Sequence record: LR745206.1
Length of the DNA: 64,000 bases
Direction: 5' to 3' (one strand)
Within the stretch, counting starts at the first letter, position 1; each line of letters begins with the position of its first letter. The notes below the pieces were generated by a model. The model ran no database searches, was not told where the DNA came from, and was given only the letters and a program-made list of their open reading frames with translations. Shown here in pieces: positions 20,811 to 30,911 of the stretch. The position numbers and the translations under genes were made by a program.

Positions 20811-23800
20811 TTATTTAAGTACTGTTACGTGACCTCTGACTTGTTTTCTAACATTATTGAATGTTGTTACATCTACTGTCCAGACATAAACATCATTTTT
20901 AACAATACTTCCTTTATAAGTACCATCCCAACCAACTTCCGAATTATATGATTCGAATAATATCTCACCCCATCTATCAAAGATAGTTAAGTGATATTTT
21001 TGTGGATCGTGACCAGAAACAATCGGTAAAAACACATTGTTAAATGCGTCACCGTCTGGTGTAAAAGCATTTGGTACGAATAGGAAGAACTCTTGATTTA
21101 TAACTACCATTCCATATGCAGTATCACTACAACCAAAATCATTTATAACTATAAGTTCTATTTGATAATGTCCAGTATCTTGATAAGAATGTGAATCGTG
21201 GAAATTATTTGAGATATCACCATCACCAAATGACCATTGGAATTGATTACCACCAATAGAATTATTAATGAAATTAATAGTATTATTAGTAATAGTTCCT
21301 TCATTAGGATCCCAAGTAAACTGAGCTATTGGTTCAGGATAGACTTGAAAAGCATTTGTTATAGTAGTATCCATTGTACAACCATCAAGTGATGTCATTG
21401 ATAATGTAACACTATAATACCCAGAGTTAAAATAAATATCACTGATTGATCCACAACCTGTATAATTTAATAGTGTTCCAGGTCCACTTACTATCCAATT
21501 ACATCCAGTACCAGCAGCATTGTTTGTCATTGTTATATCTAATGGCGAGCAACCATTAGGTGTAAATGTTATATCCATTGGTGGTACATTATAAATATTA
21601 ACTGTTGTGGTTATGATTGAATCACAACCGTTAGACGTTAATAAATTACTTATATACACAACATTACTATTGATATTAGTTTGAGTTGTGCCATCCGGGA
21701 ATGTAAAGTTTAGACCAGGACATTGGTTATAAGACTCTGTTAGATTATAAACAGGATTTATTGATATATTCTCAGTTACTAAGCTATCACAACCATCAAC
21801 CGATGTTAATGTACTTACATAACTTGTTGGTGCTGTAATATTAGTTTGTGAAGAACCATCAGCAAATGTATAATTATCACCACTACATATTGTTATATTT
21901 GTTGTTGATGTGTATGAAGCGAATACAGAAACATTTGTTGTTATGATTGAATCACAACCAACATTAGTTAATAAATTACTAACATGAACTGTTGGTGCAA
22001 CTATACCAGCTTGTACAAATCCATCTGGGTATGTATAAGAAGAACCACTACAAACACTAACATTTTCTACTATATTATAAACAGGATCTATTGAGACATT
22101 TGTCGTTATGATTGAATCACAACCATTTGTTGTTAATAAATTACTTACTTGTGTTACCGGAACTATAATACCAGATTGTATTGATCCATCTGGGAATGTA
22201 TAATTATCACCACTACAAACACTAACATTCTGAATAACATTATAAATAGGGTTTAATGAAACATTTGTTGTTACTATTGAATCACATCCATTTGTTGTTA
22301 ATAAATTACTTACTTGTGTTACTGGAGCCACAATACCAGATTGTATTGATCCATCTGGGAATGTATAATTATCACCTTCACATATAGTAACATTTTGAGT
22401 TATGTTATAAACAGGATTAACGGAAATATTTGTTGTTACTATTGAATCACATCCATTTGAAGCCGCTCCGGTAAGTGTACTTACTTGTGAAGTTGGTACA
22501 ATAACATTTGGATTAACACTTCCATCTGGGAATGTGTACGAATCACCACTACAAACAACAGTATTAACCACTGATGTTGGATTTGGTAATAGTGAAACAT
22601 TTGTTGTAACTATTGAATCACAACCAGCAACAGATGCACCAACAAGGGTACTTACTTGTGAAACTGGTCCACTTATAACTTGTGTTGATCCATCTGGGAA
22701 TGTAACAGTTGTTCCGTTACAAACAGATATATTCTGAGTAGATGTTACAGATGGTACAATAGAAACATTTGTTGTAATTATAGAGTCGCAACCATTTGAA
22801 GCAGCACCAACAAGTGTGCTAATTTGTGAAGTTGCTGCTACCACTACCTGACTTGATCCATCTGGAAAAACAACAGTTGTTCCACTACAAACAGATATGT
22901 TTTGTGTAGATGTTGGATTAGGTAGTAAAGTAACATTTGTTGTGATAACTGAATCACAACCATTAAATGCGCCACCAACAAGTGTACTCACTTGTGTAAC
23001 TGCACCACCTATAACTTGTGTTGATCCATCTGGGAATGTAACAGTACTACCGTTACAAGCTGATATGTTTTGTGTAGATGTTGATGGTAATGGTGTATAA
23101 TCAACATAAACTGAATCAGTTGTACTACATCCACCACCAGTAACAGTAACATAATACCAAGAACTTGTTGTTGGACAAGCCGTTTGTGTGCTATCATTAA
23201 TAGGTGTTAAAAAAGGACCTACCCAGTTCCAAACATAAACTGGTGGAGCTGTTCCGCAGTTTGCGGTTGTTGTGAATACATTTCCAGTAGCTGGATTTGG
23301 ACCACCATTGAATATAGGAATAGCAAGTGGATTATATAAAGTATAAGTATTCTCTCCTTCCCAAGAACCGGATGTATAGTTCAAGGTGAATGTTTGTCCA
23401 TCTTGAACACAAAAAGTTATTATACTACCACTACCAGCGGCAGAGAATGGTCCTAATGTTGGACCAGCAGTTACATTCACTGTTAATGAACCACCATTCC
23501 AACCATCACCGAATGAATCCTGCATATCTAATGTATAACAACAAGAATCAGGTGGTATAGATGAAAGACCAGCATCTAATTGTGTACAACCACCACAAGT
23601 AGTTATTGTTGGTGGGGTAGCTGTAACATTAACAATAGGGAATAAAACATTAACTGTTACACTTGAGTAACAGGTATCATTTATACCATTTGTATATAAT
23701 ACATTGTATGTTGTAGTTGATGTTGGACAAACTGTTCCACCTGATGCTGGATTTGGGGATCCTGGTAAATGCGACCAATCATAATAATATCCACAATCAT

Positions 23801-24428
23801 TTGCTAAAATAGTAACATTATCAATACCCCAGTGATCATTAAGATTACTTGACGTAGCTGTTTGACTCCATTGAAACATAGTACTTGGTGACCAAGCACC
23901 AGGCGGTAAAGTAAAACAATAATTATTCCAAGTTGTCATAATAGGATCAAATCCTGTTCCTGGATTGAAATAGTTTATTGTTATCCAAGTCACACCACCA
24001 TTAATTGAATATTGAAAGTAAATACCTTCTGTTGGTAAATCCGGACCCTCACAAGGAGAAGCACCGCCTTGTTGAGCCATTCTAAAATCAAAACAAACTT
24101 GACCACCACAACTCATATCGAATGCGTTTGTGGTTAATATTCTCGGTGCTGGTGAAGCTGAACCCATCCACATATAAGTACCACCTGGTCCCGGACCACA
24201 TGGGTTAGTATATGTTGCTGCTGTAGTTGAAGACCAACCAGGTCCAGCAACTCCAGTATTAAAATCATTATTCATAACAAGTGTGCCTTGAATACCAATA
24301 GCATTCAAATCAGCACATTGACCACAAACAACTTGATTCACTGATGCTGTTGTGGTTACTGAGCATTGTGATATCACATTTGATGTGAATCCAAGTAATG
24401 TAATAAATAGAAATATTAGTTTTTTCAT
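20811..24428 (-). CDS. T9SS type-B sorting domain (gliding motility-associated CTD) surface protein with reelin-like, tandem-repeat and PKD domains
   Basis: Sec signal MKKLIFLFITLLGF; QYSINGGVTW/DHWGIDNV; PKD motifs AQFTWDP and QWSFGDG; C-terminal VPNAFTPDGD..NNVF...IFDRWG...WDGTYKG. Confidence 0.9.
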   Translation of the reverse strand: MKKLIFLFITLLGFTSNVISQCSVTTTASVNQVVCGQCADLNAIGIQGTLVMNNDFNTGVAGPGWSSTTAATYTNPCGPGPGGTYMWMGSASPAPRILTTNAFDMSCGGQVCFDFRMAQQGGASPCEGPDLPTEGIYFQYSINGGVTWITINYFNPGTGFDPIMTTWNNYCFTLPPGAWSPSTMFQWSQTATSSNLNDHWGIDNVTILANDCGYYYDWSHLPGSPNPASGGTVCPTSTTTYNVLYTNGINDTCYSSVTVNVLFPIVNVTATPPTITTCGGCTQLDAGLSSIPPDSCCYTLDMQDSFGDGWNGGSLTVNVTAGPTLGPFSAAGSGSIITFCVQDGQTFTLNYTSGSWEGENTYTLYNPLAIPIFNGGPNPATGNVFTTTANCGTAPPVYVWNWVGPFLTPINDSTQTACPTTSSWYYVTVTGGGCSTTDSVYVDYTPLPSTSTQNISACNGSTVTFPDGSTQVIGGAVTQVSTLVGGAFNGCDSVITTNVTLLPNPTSTQNISVCSGTTVVFPDGSSQVVVAATSQISTLVGAASNGCDSIITTNVSIVPSVTSTQNISVCNGTTVTFPDGSTQVISGPVSQVSTLVGASVAGCDSIVTTNVSLLPNPTSVVNTVVCSGDSYTFPDGSVNPNVIVPTSQVSTLTGAASNGCDSIVTTNISVNPVYNITQNVTICEGDNYTFPDGSIQSGIVAPVTQVSNLLTTNGCDSIVTTNVSLNPIYNVIQNVSVCSGDNYTFPDGSIQSGIIVPVTQVSNLLTTNGCDSIITTNVSIDPVYNIVENVSVCSGSSYTYPDGFVQAGIVAPTVHVSNLLTNVGCDSIITTNVSVFASYTSTTNITICSGDNYTFADGSSQTNITAPTSYVSTLTSVDGCDSLVTENISINPVYNLTESYNQCPGLNFTFPDGTTQTNINSNVVYISNLLTSNGCDSIITTTVNIYNVPPMDITFTPNGCSPLDITMTNNAAGTGCNWIVSGPGTLLNYTGCGSISDIYFNSGYYSVTLSMTSLDGCTMDTTITNAFQVYPEPIAQFTWDPNEGTITNNTINFINNSIGGNQFQWSFGDGDISNNFHDSHSYQDTGHYQIELIVINDFGCSDTAYGMVVINQEFFLFVPNAFTPDGDAFNNVFLPIVSGHDPQKYHLTIFDRWGEILFESYNSEVGWDGTYKGSIVKNDVYVWTVDVTTFNNVRKQVRGHVTVLK
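21590..23085 (-). repeat. nine tandem ~55-57-aa repeats (CxGxxxTFPDGS...GCDSIxTTN)
   Basis: nine units read directly in the translation; boundaries approximate. Confidence 0.85.
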
Positions 24429-24429
24429 C

Positions 24430-24825
24430 TTAGTTTAGGTTTATTTGTATAGTAAATCCATTTATTTTAGTTTCTGATAAAATAATACCAGATCCATTAG
24501 GTAAGAACCTATGGAACAAACTCAATTGTTGATTAGCAACACCAGTTATGGATTCACCTGGGTTTATTGTTAAAGTTGGTTGTGATTCAGTGTCATAAAC
24601 TTGACCATTTATGATAATTTTATAAGAGAATTCTATAATAGAATTGGTTGTATTTGTAAATTTGAATATATGAAATTCTTGATGAACATCATATTGGTTG
24701 TCATGATATTCTTGTAAGCTTTGCTCAATAAGTATACCACTTTGTGTATCTATTTGTTTCCAATTTTGTGAAAAGGAAAATAATGTTGTTAACATAAACA
24801 ACATCAATAATTTTAGTTTCTTCAT
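24430..24825 (-). CDS. secreted hypothetical protein
   Basis: ATG 24825 gives signal peptide MKKLKLLMLFMLTTLFSFSQ, with Gln after the predicted cleavage site as is common in Bacteroidota. Confidence 0.7.
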   Translation of the reverse strand: MKKLKLLMLFMLTTLFSFSQNWKQIDTQSGILIEQSLQEYHDNQYDVHQEFHIFKFTNTTNSIIEFSYKIIINGQVYDTESQPTLTINPGESITGVANQQLSLFHRFLPNGSGIILSETKINGFTIQINLN

Positions 24826-24866
24826 TTTTAGTTTTAGATTTATAATTTGATTAACATATATATAGT

Positions 24867-25169
24867 TTATATAATACCGATTTTTTGCAATTTTTCGTCT
24901 CTTTCCCATTGTTTTTCAGTTACAAACCAACCTACCCAAGACTCCGAGACACCAACTTGACCAAACCACCAATTAAGATTTAAATCATCTTTTATACAAA
25001 TATCATCTTCAAATCCATCTCTAGTATGCACGATTTCATATCGTTTACCGTAAGTTAGATCTTCCATATCTTCCAATATACAGACAAGAATATTACCTTT
25101 TTTAAGTCTCACTATTATACATTTTAAAGACGAGTATGGATTTAAATGGTTGTTAGATACCCAAATCAT
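24867..25169 (-). CDS. hypothetical protein with C-terminal tag
   Basis: ends RDEKLQKIGII; true start uncertain. Confidence 0.65.
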   Translation of the reverse strand: MIWVSNNHLNPYSSLKCIIVRLKKGNILVCILEDMEDLTYGKRYEIVHTRDGFEDDICIKDDLNLNWWFGQVGVSESWVGWFVTEKQWERDEKLQKIGII

Positions 25170-25449
25170 TTATTTTTTTACCTCTGGATTCTCTGATATA
25201 CCAATCATAAACAACTTGGTAATAATCATCATGATCAAAATAAACATAACTTGTGCCACTAGATTTATTATCAATAAATAAATGTTCTCCTGTTATTAAT
25301 AAGCATTTAACATAGTTGGTTGGATTACCTCTTGGTACATCCTTTACCTCCAAATGCGTTATTAGTGTGTAAGTTTGATCATTAAATGAATTTTCCTTTA
25401 TTAGATTAATTAGGTAATCACTTTCTAACTTTGATATTTCTATTCTCAT
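25153..25449 (-). CDS. hypothetical protein with C-terminal tag
   Basis: ends RGKKINDLGI. Confidence 0.65.
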   Translation of the reverse strand: MRIEISKLESDYLINLIKENSFNDQTYTLITHLEVKDVPRGNPTNYVKCLLITGEHLFIDNKSSGTSYVYFDHDDYYQVVYDWYIRESRGKKINDLGI

Positions 25450-25769
25450 ATACCAATTAAATTTAATTTAATCTCTCTAAGAATTGGTATTAATAATTTT
25501 TTTAGATTCTCCTCTGACATTTTGAAATGTTCATGTTTATATAATTCGTTTATGTTGTAAATCTCATAACGATTATCACCTAAAAAACTATGCTCAACTT
25601 TTATGGAAAATTCAACCTTACCAATCATACCAGTCTTGTGTATAATTGGTATATAACATACAAAAAAATTATCGGAAGAATACTCACTACTTATATGTAG
25701 TGGTGTATCTGATGATTTACCATCAAGGTATAATCCAACTATAATATCCCAAAGATATTTATTAGTCAT
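25446..25769 (-). CDS. hypothetical protein with C-terminal tag
   Basis: ends REIKLNLIGI. Confidence 0.65.
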   Translation of the reverse strand: MTNKYLWDIIVGLYLDGKSSDTPLHISSEYSSDNFFVCYIPIIHKTGMIGKVEFSIKVEHSFLGDNRYEIYNINELYKHEHFKMSEENLKKLLIPILREIKLNLIGI

Positions 25770-25983
25770 TTTTTAATTTAACTATTTCCCTTTTTAGAGA
25801 AAAGATTTGAGAATTCTTTTGATTTTTATATTCATTCATTAATGAATCAACATTTAGCTTACCACTATGAAATTTTCTATTACGATAGTCTAGATCATAC
25901 CAATAACTAGAAATATTTCTTTTGATATTTCTAATCTTTCTAACTATTGATAGTATTTTATAAAATGTAATCATCTTCTTCAT
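25762..25983 (-). CDS. basic hypothetical protein
   Basis: 73-aa ORF overlapping next start. Confidence 0.5.
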   Translation of the reverse strand: MKKMITFYKILSIVRKIRNIKRNISSYWYDLDYRNRKFHSGKLNVDSLMNEYKNQKNSQIFSLKREIVKLKND

Positions 25984-26121
25984 TAATAAAGTATATATAT
26001 TTTTTTCATCTTGGTTTTGATATTGTTTATCGAAAGTTATATTAATTTTTTGTTATTAATTTACCCTTGTGAAAAACATATAATACAAATTTACTATAAT
26101 TAATATAATTATACAAATAAA

Positions 26122-26556
26122 ATGAAAGATAAAGATGTTTACTTTAATGTAATGAAAAATTACAAAACGATGTTATCAAACCTAACAGCAGATATCGTTG
26201 CTTATGATAATTGGTCAGATGAATTTTCAAGAAGTGAGATAAATAAACTTTATAAACTTTTAATTAAGGAGTTTGATGATATTGACTTCACACAATTTAC
26301 ACCAGAAGAATTAAAAACATTTGATTTTAGGTACTGGGATGAAGATTTGTTATGTATACCACCATGGGCTATAGATTGTCTACCAGATGGTATTATACTA
26401 TCATCCATTGATGGGAAAGAGTTTGTATTTAAGAAACCAATTGAAAAGAATTCGATGAAGGATAGTAGAGGTGGAGTAACCGCTTATGGATTTACAAAAG
26501 CTATGTTAAGAGATAATAAATTAAATTCTATATTAGAAGATGGGCAAAAGGATTAG
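26122..26556 (+). CDS. hypothetical protein with C-terminal tag
   Basis: RDNKLNSILED near C-terminus. Confidence 0.7.
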   Translation: MKDKDVYFNVMKNYKTMLSNLTADIVAYDNWSDEFSRSEINKLYKLLIKEFDDIDFTQFTPEELKTFDFRYWDEDLLCIPPWAIDCLPDGIILSSIDGKEFVFKKPIEKNSMKDSRGGVTAYGFTKAMLRDNKLNSILEDGQKD

Positions 26557-26767
26557 CTTACAAGAAATGGAAAATAATATTGTATTTAATGATCAACACC
26601 AAGTAATTTATAAAGGTGTTAATCTTGGTATAACTAGAGAAAGTATAACAGATTATCAGATACAAACAGGATTTGATCCAGTTGAATGGGTTGACCATTT
26701 ATATAACAATTCACTATTGGTTATCCGCGATAAGAAAATAAGTAAGATACTTGATGAACTCACTTGA
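26540..26767 (+). CDS. hypothetical protein with C-terminal tag
   Basis: RDKKISKILDE. Confidence 0.65.
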   Translation: MGKRISLQEMENNIVFNDQHQVIYKGVNLGITRESITDYQIQTGFDPVEWVDHLYNNSLLVIRDKKISKILDELT

Positions 26768-26987
26768 GATAGAAGAGATGTTTGATAATAAATTTTTGAT
26801 TGAATCATACTCGCTTAAAAATGGTGGCGTATTAAATGTGATGATACATAATACATTAGACAACACATTACATTACATCACACATGAAATAGTGGGTGGT
26901 GATTGTACTAGCTTGGTAGTGGCATTTATCGAAAGTATAATAAGAGATAGGAGGACCAATTCAATAAATAAGTTAATAGATGGATGA
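26751..26987 (+). CDS. hypothetical protein with tag variant
   Basis: ends RDRRTNSINKLIDG. Confidence 0.6.
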   Translation: MMNSLEIEEMFDNKFLIESYSLKNGGVLNVMIHNTLDNTLHYITHEIVGGDCTSLVVAFIESIIRDRRTNSINKLIDG

Positions 26988-27195
26988 TATTAGGTTACGT
27001 AAAATTGGAACAGAAAAGGTAAAAGTATTTGAGAAATGCTTTGATAAAGTTTATGATTACTACAAACAAAAAGCAGAAGATTCTGGTTATTGGGGTGAAC
27101 TCAAATTCATAAAAGAAAAAGGTAAAATAATAGTTTATACTGTTATTGAATTACCTCCTTTAGATGATGATGATTTAATTATCCGTGTTTCTTAA
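26980..27195 (+). CDS. hypothetical protein
   Basis: 71-aa ORF. Confidence 0.55.
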   Translation: MDDIRLRKIGTEKVKVFEKCFDKVYDYYKQKAEDSGYWGELKFIKEKGKIIVYTVIELPPLDDDDLIIRVS

Positions 27196-27660
27196 TCTTT
27201 TCCTCATTTCCATATAGTCAATTGGTATTCTCCAATTTAACCCAACATGAGAACATTCTTTATTAGATAGATTTTCTAATTTATCTAAGGTCGTAAACAA
27301 TGTATTATCTTTATGCTTACCACCACCAATACTTATTTTTGTTGTGAATATTGGTTGTATTAAATATGAATATCTTTTTAGGTAATCATCAGCTCTAAAT
27401 ATAACATCACTTATATCACCTAATTTAAATGTTGGTAAATAAAAACTTTCAACATCTCGATCACCAACAATACCATTTATCTCAATATTAATACTATCAC
27501 CAATTACTTTACCCATCCTTTTTGATTCAACAACAACTTCTATATCCTCATCACGAATCTCATTGAATATATCATTTAGATCATTGATGATTATTATTTC
27601 TTCCTCTTTTGTTATGGGAGAAGAACTTTCGAATAATTTATACTTTTTCAGGTATTTCAT
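27175..27660 (-). CDS. CTS-like N-terminus, DIFxELxDDG family
   Basis: MKYLKKYKLFES; LNDIFNEIRDED. Confidence 0.75.
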   Translation of the reverse strand: MKYLKKYKLFESSSPITKEEEIIIINDLNDIFNEIRDEDIEVVVESKRMGKVIGDSINIEINGIVGDRDVESFYLPTFKLGDISDVIFRADDYLKRYSYLIQPIFTTKISIGGGKHKDNTLFTTLDKLENLSNKECSHVGLNWRIPIDYMEMRKRLRNTDN

Positions 27661-28609
27661 TTATAAATACTATTTCTATTTCTCTTATAACTGGTCTAAC
27701 ATCAGTTTCTATATCTTTCTCATCTATTGATATTTCTAAATCATCAAATTGCATTTCTGATTTGAATTTATATTCACCATCTTGCTTCCCAACATATGAA
27801 AATTCTTCTAACCACTCATTCATACCATATTCCAATATTTGGAATTCTACTTCATGTAAAGTTGTATCTTCTAATCCTTGTTTTATACTAAAATCATCTA
27901 GTGTTTTGAATTTTCTATTAAATGTATGGTGTGTACCATTAACCAAAGATAATCGAAGTGTAACACTTTCCAATTTATAATTGATTATATCAGTTATTTG
28001 TTTTATTCTATAATCAATATCCTCAATCATAATACTATTTTGTCCTTTTCTATAAAGTGATATTTGTATAGTATCTGTTTTTAATCCTGCTGAGGGCATA
28101 CTTCGTTTAACGCTAGATACTACATGATATCCATATCCCAAATCCTCCATATCATACATCATCGATTCAACATGGTCTCTATCATCACTAAGAGATTCAT
28201 TAACACCATACCTAGATTTATAGTAGTTTGGACCTCTATAATCTGTTATTTTAATGTTTATATTCCAAACATCTTCACCCATAAACATTTGCATATCATT
28301 GCCGGATAATTGATATTCTCTTGTACCACTCATAATAACATTGAACGTACAGAAAGACCAACCAAGTCTAGCAGAGTATTCGGCAATTCTTGCTGTAGCG
28401 TCTGATATTTCTTGTGTTATTTTAAATTTATTGGTGAATCTTCCTTGTTCATCCATTGTAACATCAGCAAATATTCTTTCATTCTTTTCATCAGGTAAAA
28501 ACCGAACAAATAATCCCAAATCTTCTATCTCAAGTATAATATCTTTTAGACCTTGTGATAACTCTTCGAAATTATTTTCAAATAACTTATATGTTTTTAA
28601 ATATATCAT
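27638..28609 (-). CDS. CTS-like N-terminus, two DIFxELxDDG-family domains
   Basis: MIYLKTYKLFEN; LKDIILEIEDLG and VESMMYDMEDLG. Confidence 0.75.
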   Translation of the reverse strand: MIYLKTYKLFENNFEELSQGLKDIILEIEDLGLFVRFLPDEKNERIFADVTMDEQGRFTNKFKITQEISDATARIAEYSARLGWSFCTFNVIMSGTREYQLSGNDMQMFMGEDVWNINIKITDYRGPNYYKSRYGVNESLSDDRDHVESMMYDMEDLGYGYHVVSSVKRSMPSAGLKTDTIQISLYRKGQNSIMIEDIDYRIKQITDIINYKLESVTLRLSLVNGTHHTFNRKFKTLDDFSIKQGLEDTTLHEVEFQILEYGMNEWLEEFSYVGKQDGEYKFKSEMQFDDLEISIDEKDIETDVRPVIREIEIVFINEIPEKV

Positions 28610-29061
28610 ATGTCAATTTTAACCATTATATCGAAAGATAATTGACTTTCATAATCAACGTTCATTATAACCTCAGTACTAATAAATTCTAAATCCTTTA
28701 TTGTTTCATTTATCTGTAAAAGTTCTAACATAACTTTAGAACCTCTTTCTTGGTCAGTGGATTTAACAAAGACTGGGGCTGAAAAATTACCTCTACCAAC
28801 ACTTATACCTGGTATATTCGAATGTATGATAACAAATGCACCATCTCCTTCGCCACCAAGTGATGCTTTTTCTTTCATCCTTTCGAATAATAAACTTAAT
28901 GCTTCTTTATCATCCGCAGATGCTTTCAAATTTGATACTTCTTCTAACCTAGAACCAATAAAAATACCTAGTGTATATTGAACAACAACTCCAGAATCTT
29001 CCAGTTCTAAAAATAAATCTCTTATTTTAAGAAATTTACGTTGAATTTTATTAAAATTTAT
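28606..29061 (-). pseudogene. 5'-truncated DIFxELxDDG-family gene
   Basis: frame of ORF 28606-28929 stays open up to 29061 and includes IRDLFLELEDSG; in-frame TAA at 29062-29064; family N-terminus missing. Confidence 0.55.
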
Positions 29062-29082
29062 TTAGTTCATTATCAAGTATTT

Positions 29083-29114
29083 AAGTCGAGAATATAGTTT
29101 TCTCGACTTTTTTT
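29083..29114 (+). terminator. intrinsic terminator-like hairpin
   Basis: AAGTCGAGAA-TATAGTT-TTCTCGACTT followed by T-tract. Confidence 0.6.
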
Positions 29115-29118
29115 ATGT

Positions 29119-29230
29119 AAAAAATAAAAGGTCTAACCTAAGCTAGACCCTTTAGTGATCGCCTTCTACAGTCAACTTAAAGGATAAGTTCTGCGGCAAT
29201 AGACTCGCGAAAACGCTTAGTCAAATCACA
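29119..29230 (-). ncRNA. unclassified structured RNA candidate (3-way junction plus terminator)
   Basis: P1 GTGATT/GATCAC; P2 GACT..GCG-TTTT-CGC..AGTC; P3 GCC.GCAG.AACTTA/TAAGTT.CTGT.GGC; then GGTCTAG/TTAGACC and U-tract; G-U pairs favour the minus strand. Confidence 0.45.
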
Positions 29231-29380
29231 TTTGATAAAATTAATTAAAATTATTTAATGAAAACATTTTTTTGTATTACTTTTTTTACTAATTTTACGA
29301 AATAATTTATAAGAGCCAACTTATAATGAAGATTTTTAAATAGCAAATTACTACTTTCATATATAATAATTTGATCCCTT

Positions 29381-29421
29381 AAAAACCCTGAATTGTCGGT
29401 TGGCTCCGGTTCAGGGTTTTT
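29381..29421 (+). promoter_or_regulatory. hairpin immediately upstream of HTH/Rep-like gene
   Basis: AAAAACCCTGAA...TTCAGGGTTTTT 12-bp stem ending 2 nt before ATG 29424. Confidence 0.5.
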
Positions 29422-29423
29422 TT

Positions 29424-30380
29424 ATGCAACAAACTTATATCAAATACTTTTATAATTCCTACCCTCAAGCAAAGAGGTTGAAATTAGATAGGGAGTATTT
29501 GTTTTATTTGAAACTAAAGGCATTTCAAACAGGAATGCTTCATAAAGGTACTATCATAAAAGATATACAATCAATTACAACTTACTCTCCAGGGTCTATT
29601 AGTCTTTATATACAGAGGCTTATTAAATGCGGCTTTATCACCCCTTTTAAAAAGAAAGGTAAGATAGTAGGTTATAGAGTTATATCTTATAAAAAAGCAT
29701 TAAAGTTATTAAAAGTTAAAATACGCTTTACCGGTGATAATCTAAATATAGCCAAAGAGCATAGATTTAACAGAATCCTTTTTGAAAATCTAAAAGATAA
29801 TAAACTCTTTAAGAATTATATAGAATTACAGGATATCTATAATAATAGAAAAAAACAGGTATATAAAGAGAAAAACAATATTGTAAAAAAAATAAAGTAT
29901 CATAAAGATACACTAAAAGATAAAATAGGAGAAGTAGAAATATTAAAAAGAAAAACATTTACTAATGAAGATAGAAAAAAAAGAAATGAAATATTAAAAG
30001 AAATAGAAAATAAGGAAAGTAAAATAAATCAATTAAAAGGCGAACTCAAGTCTGTTTTGACAAAAGAGAGTGAATCATTTAAACTTAGTTGTAAACGCTT
30101 TTCTAATCTAATGGGATATAAATCTATACAACAAGGATCTTTACTTGAGAGACGAGGTGAAAAACATGGTTTTTTAAGTATAAAAAGATCCCTTGAGGTA
30201 ATAGAAAGAGGTGTTAAATATGTAGATTTTATTTCTATGAAATCAATAGAGTCATCCTTATATTGGATGTTTGGTAATGTAGTGGATAATAAATGTAATA
30301 AATTACTCTTTACTGATTTCTTTTTTTCTTTTTTTGAGTCTAATAAACAAAATCAATTGAACCCTATACCTACGATATAG
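29424..30380 (+). CDS. basic winged-HTH protein, possible replication initiator
   Basis: SPGSISLYIQRLIKCGFI resembles a wHTH; very K-rich; central coiled coil; followed by an AT-rich gap. Confidence 0.45.
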   Translation: MQQTYIKYFYNSYPQAKRLKLDREYLFYLKLKAFQTGMLHKGTIIKDIQSITTYSPGSISLYIQRLIKCGFITPFKKKGKIVGYRVISYKKALKLLKVKIRFTGDNLNIAKEHRFNRILFENLKDNKLFKNYIELQDIYNNRKKQVYKEKNNIVKKIKYHKDTLKDKIGEVEILKRKTFTNEDRKKRNEILKEIENKESKINQLKGELKSVLTKESESFKLSCKRFSNLMGYKSIQQGSLLERRGEKHGFLSIKRSLEVIERGVKYVDFISMKSIESSLYWMFGNVVDNKCNKLLFTDFFFSFFESNKQNQLNPIPTI

Positions 30381-30631
30381 ATTCAATTTTTAAAACTATG
30401 ACAAATCATATTTTAATTTTGTTTATTATCATAATAATTATTCTAATTATTAGAGAATAAATTCTCTTTTTTATTTCAAATGATAGTATTAAAAAAATAT
30501 CAAATAAATCTTTCTATCTAATAATGAATAAGTTACATAAAAAGTATAAATAAAATTTTTTTATATGAATAATGTTTCTTACTTTTACCTCATGATTTAG
30601 CAACTAAGCCACTTCTTTAAAACTTGTAAAT

Positions 30632-30890
30632 ATGAAAACTCCAAATTTTAAACTTGAAAACGGATACGCACTTGTAACAGTAGATAACGTAGATAACAAT
30701 GAAGTCGTTATTGAAAATATAAAAGTGTATGAGCAACGCAAAGGAACGGGTCGTCAACTTATCGAAATGGTTAAGGATTATGCAAGAGAGTTAGGCTTGC
30801 CAATCGGATTATATGCAGAGCCATCACGGAATTTCCTACGAAGAACAGAACCTTTTTGTTTTATTTTTGTGGGATAGCAAATTAATTTTG
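30632..30890 (+). pseudogene. GNAT acetyltransferase, frameshifted
   Basis: IENIKV..QRKGTGRQLIE...LYAEP; expected FY..CG continuation appears only in another frame (LFYFCG). Confidence 0.6.
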
Positions 30891-30911
30891 AAAAAATTAA
30901 AAATAACATAT

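Noticed and set aside
20811-24428. Diversity-generating retroelement or intein in the repeat-rich surface protein
   Set aside because: Repeats differ at all base types within one frame; no reverse transcriptase, template repeat or intein motifs in the window.
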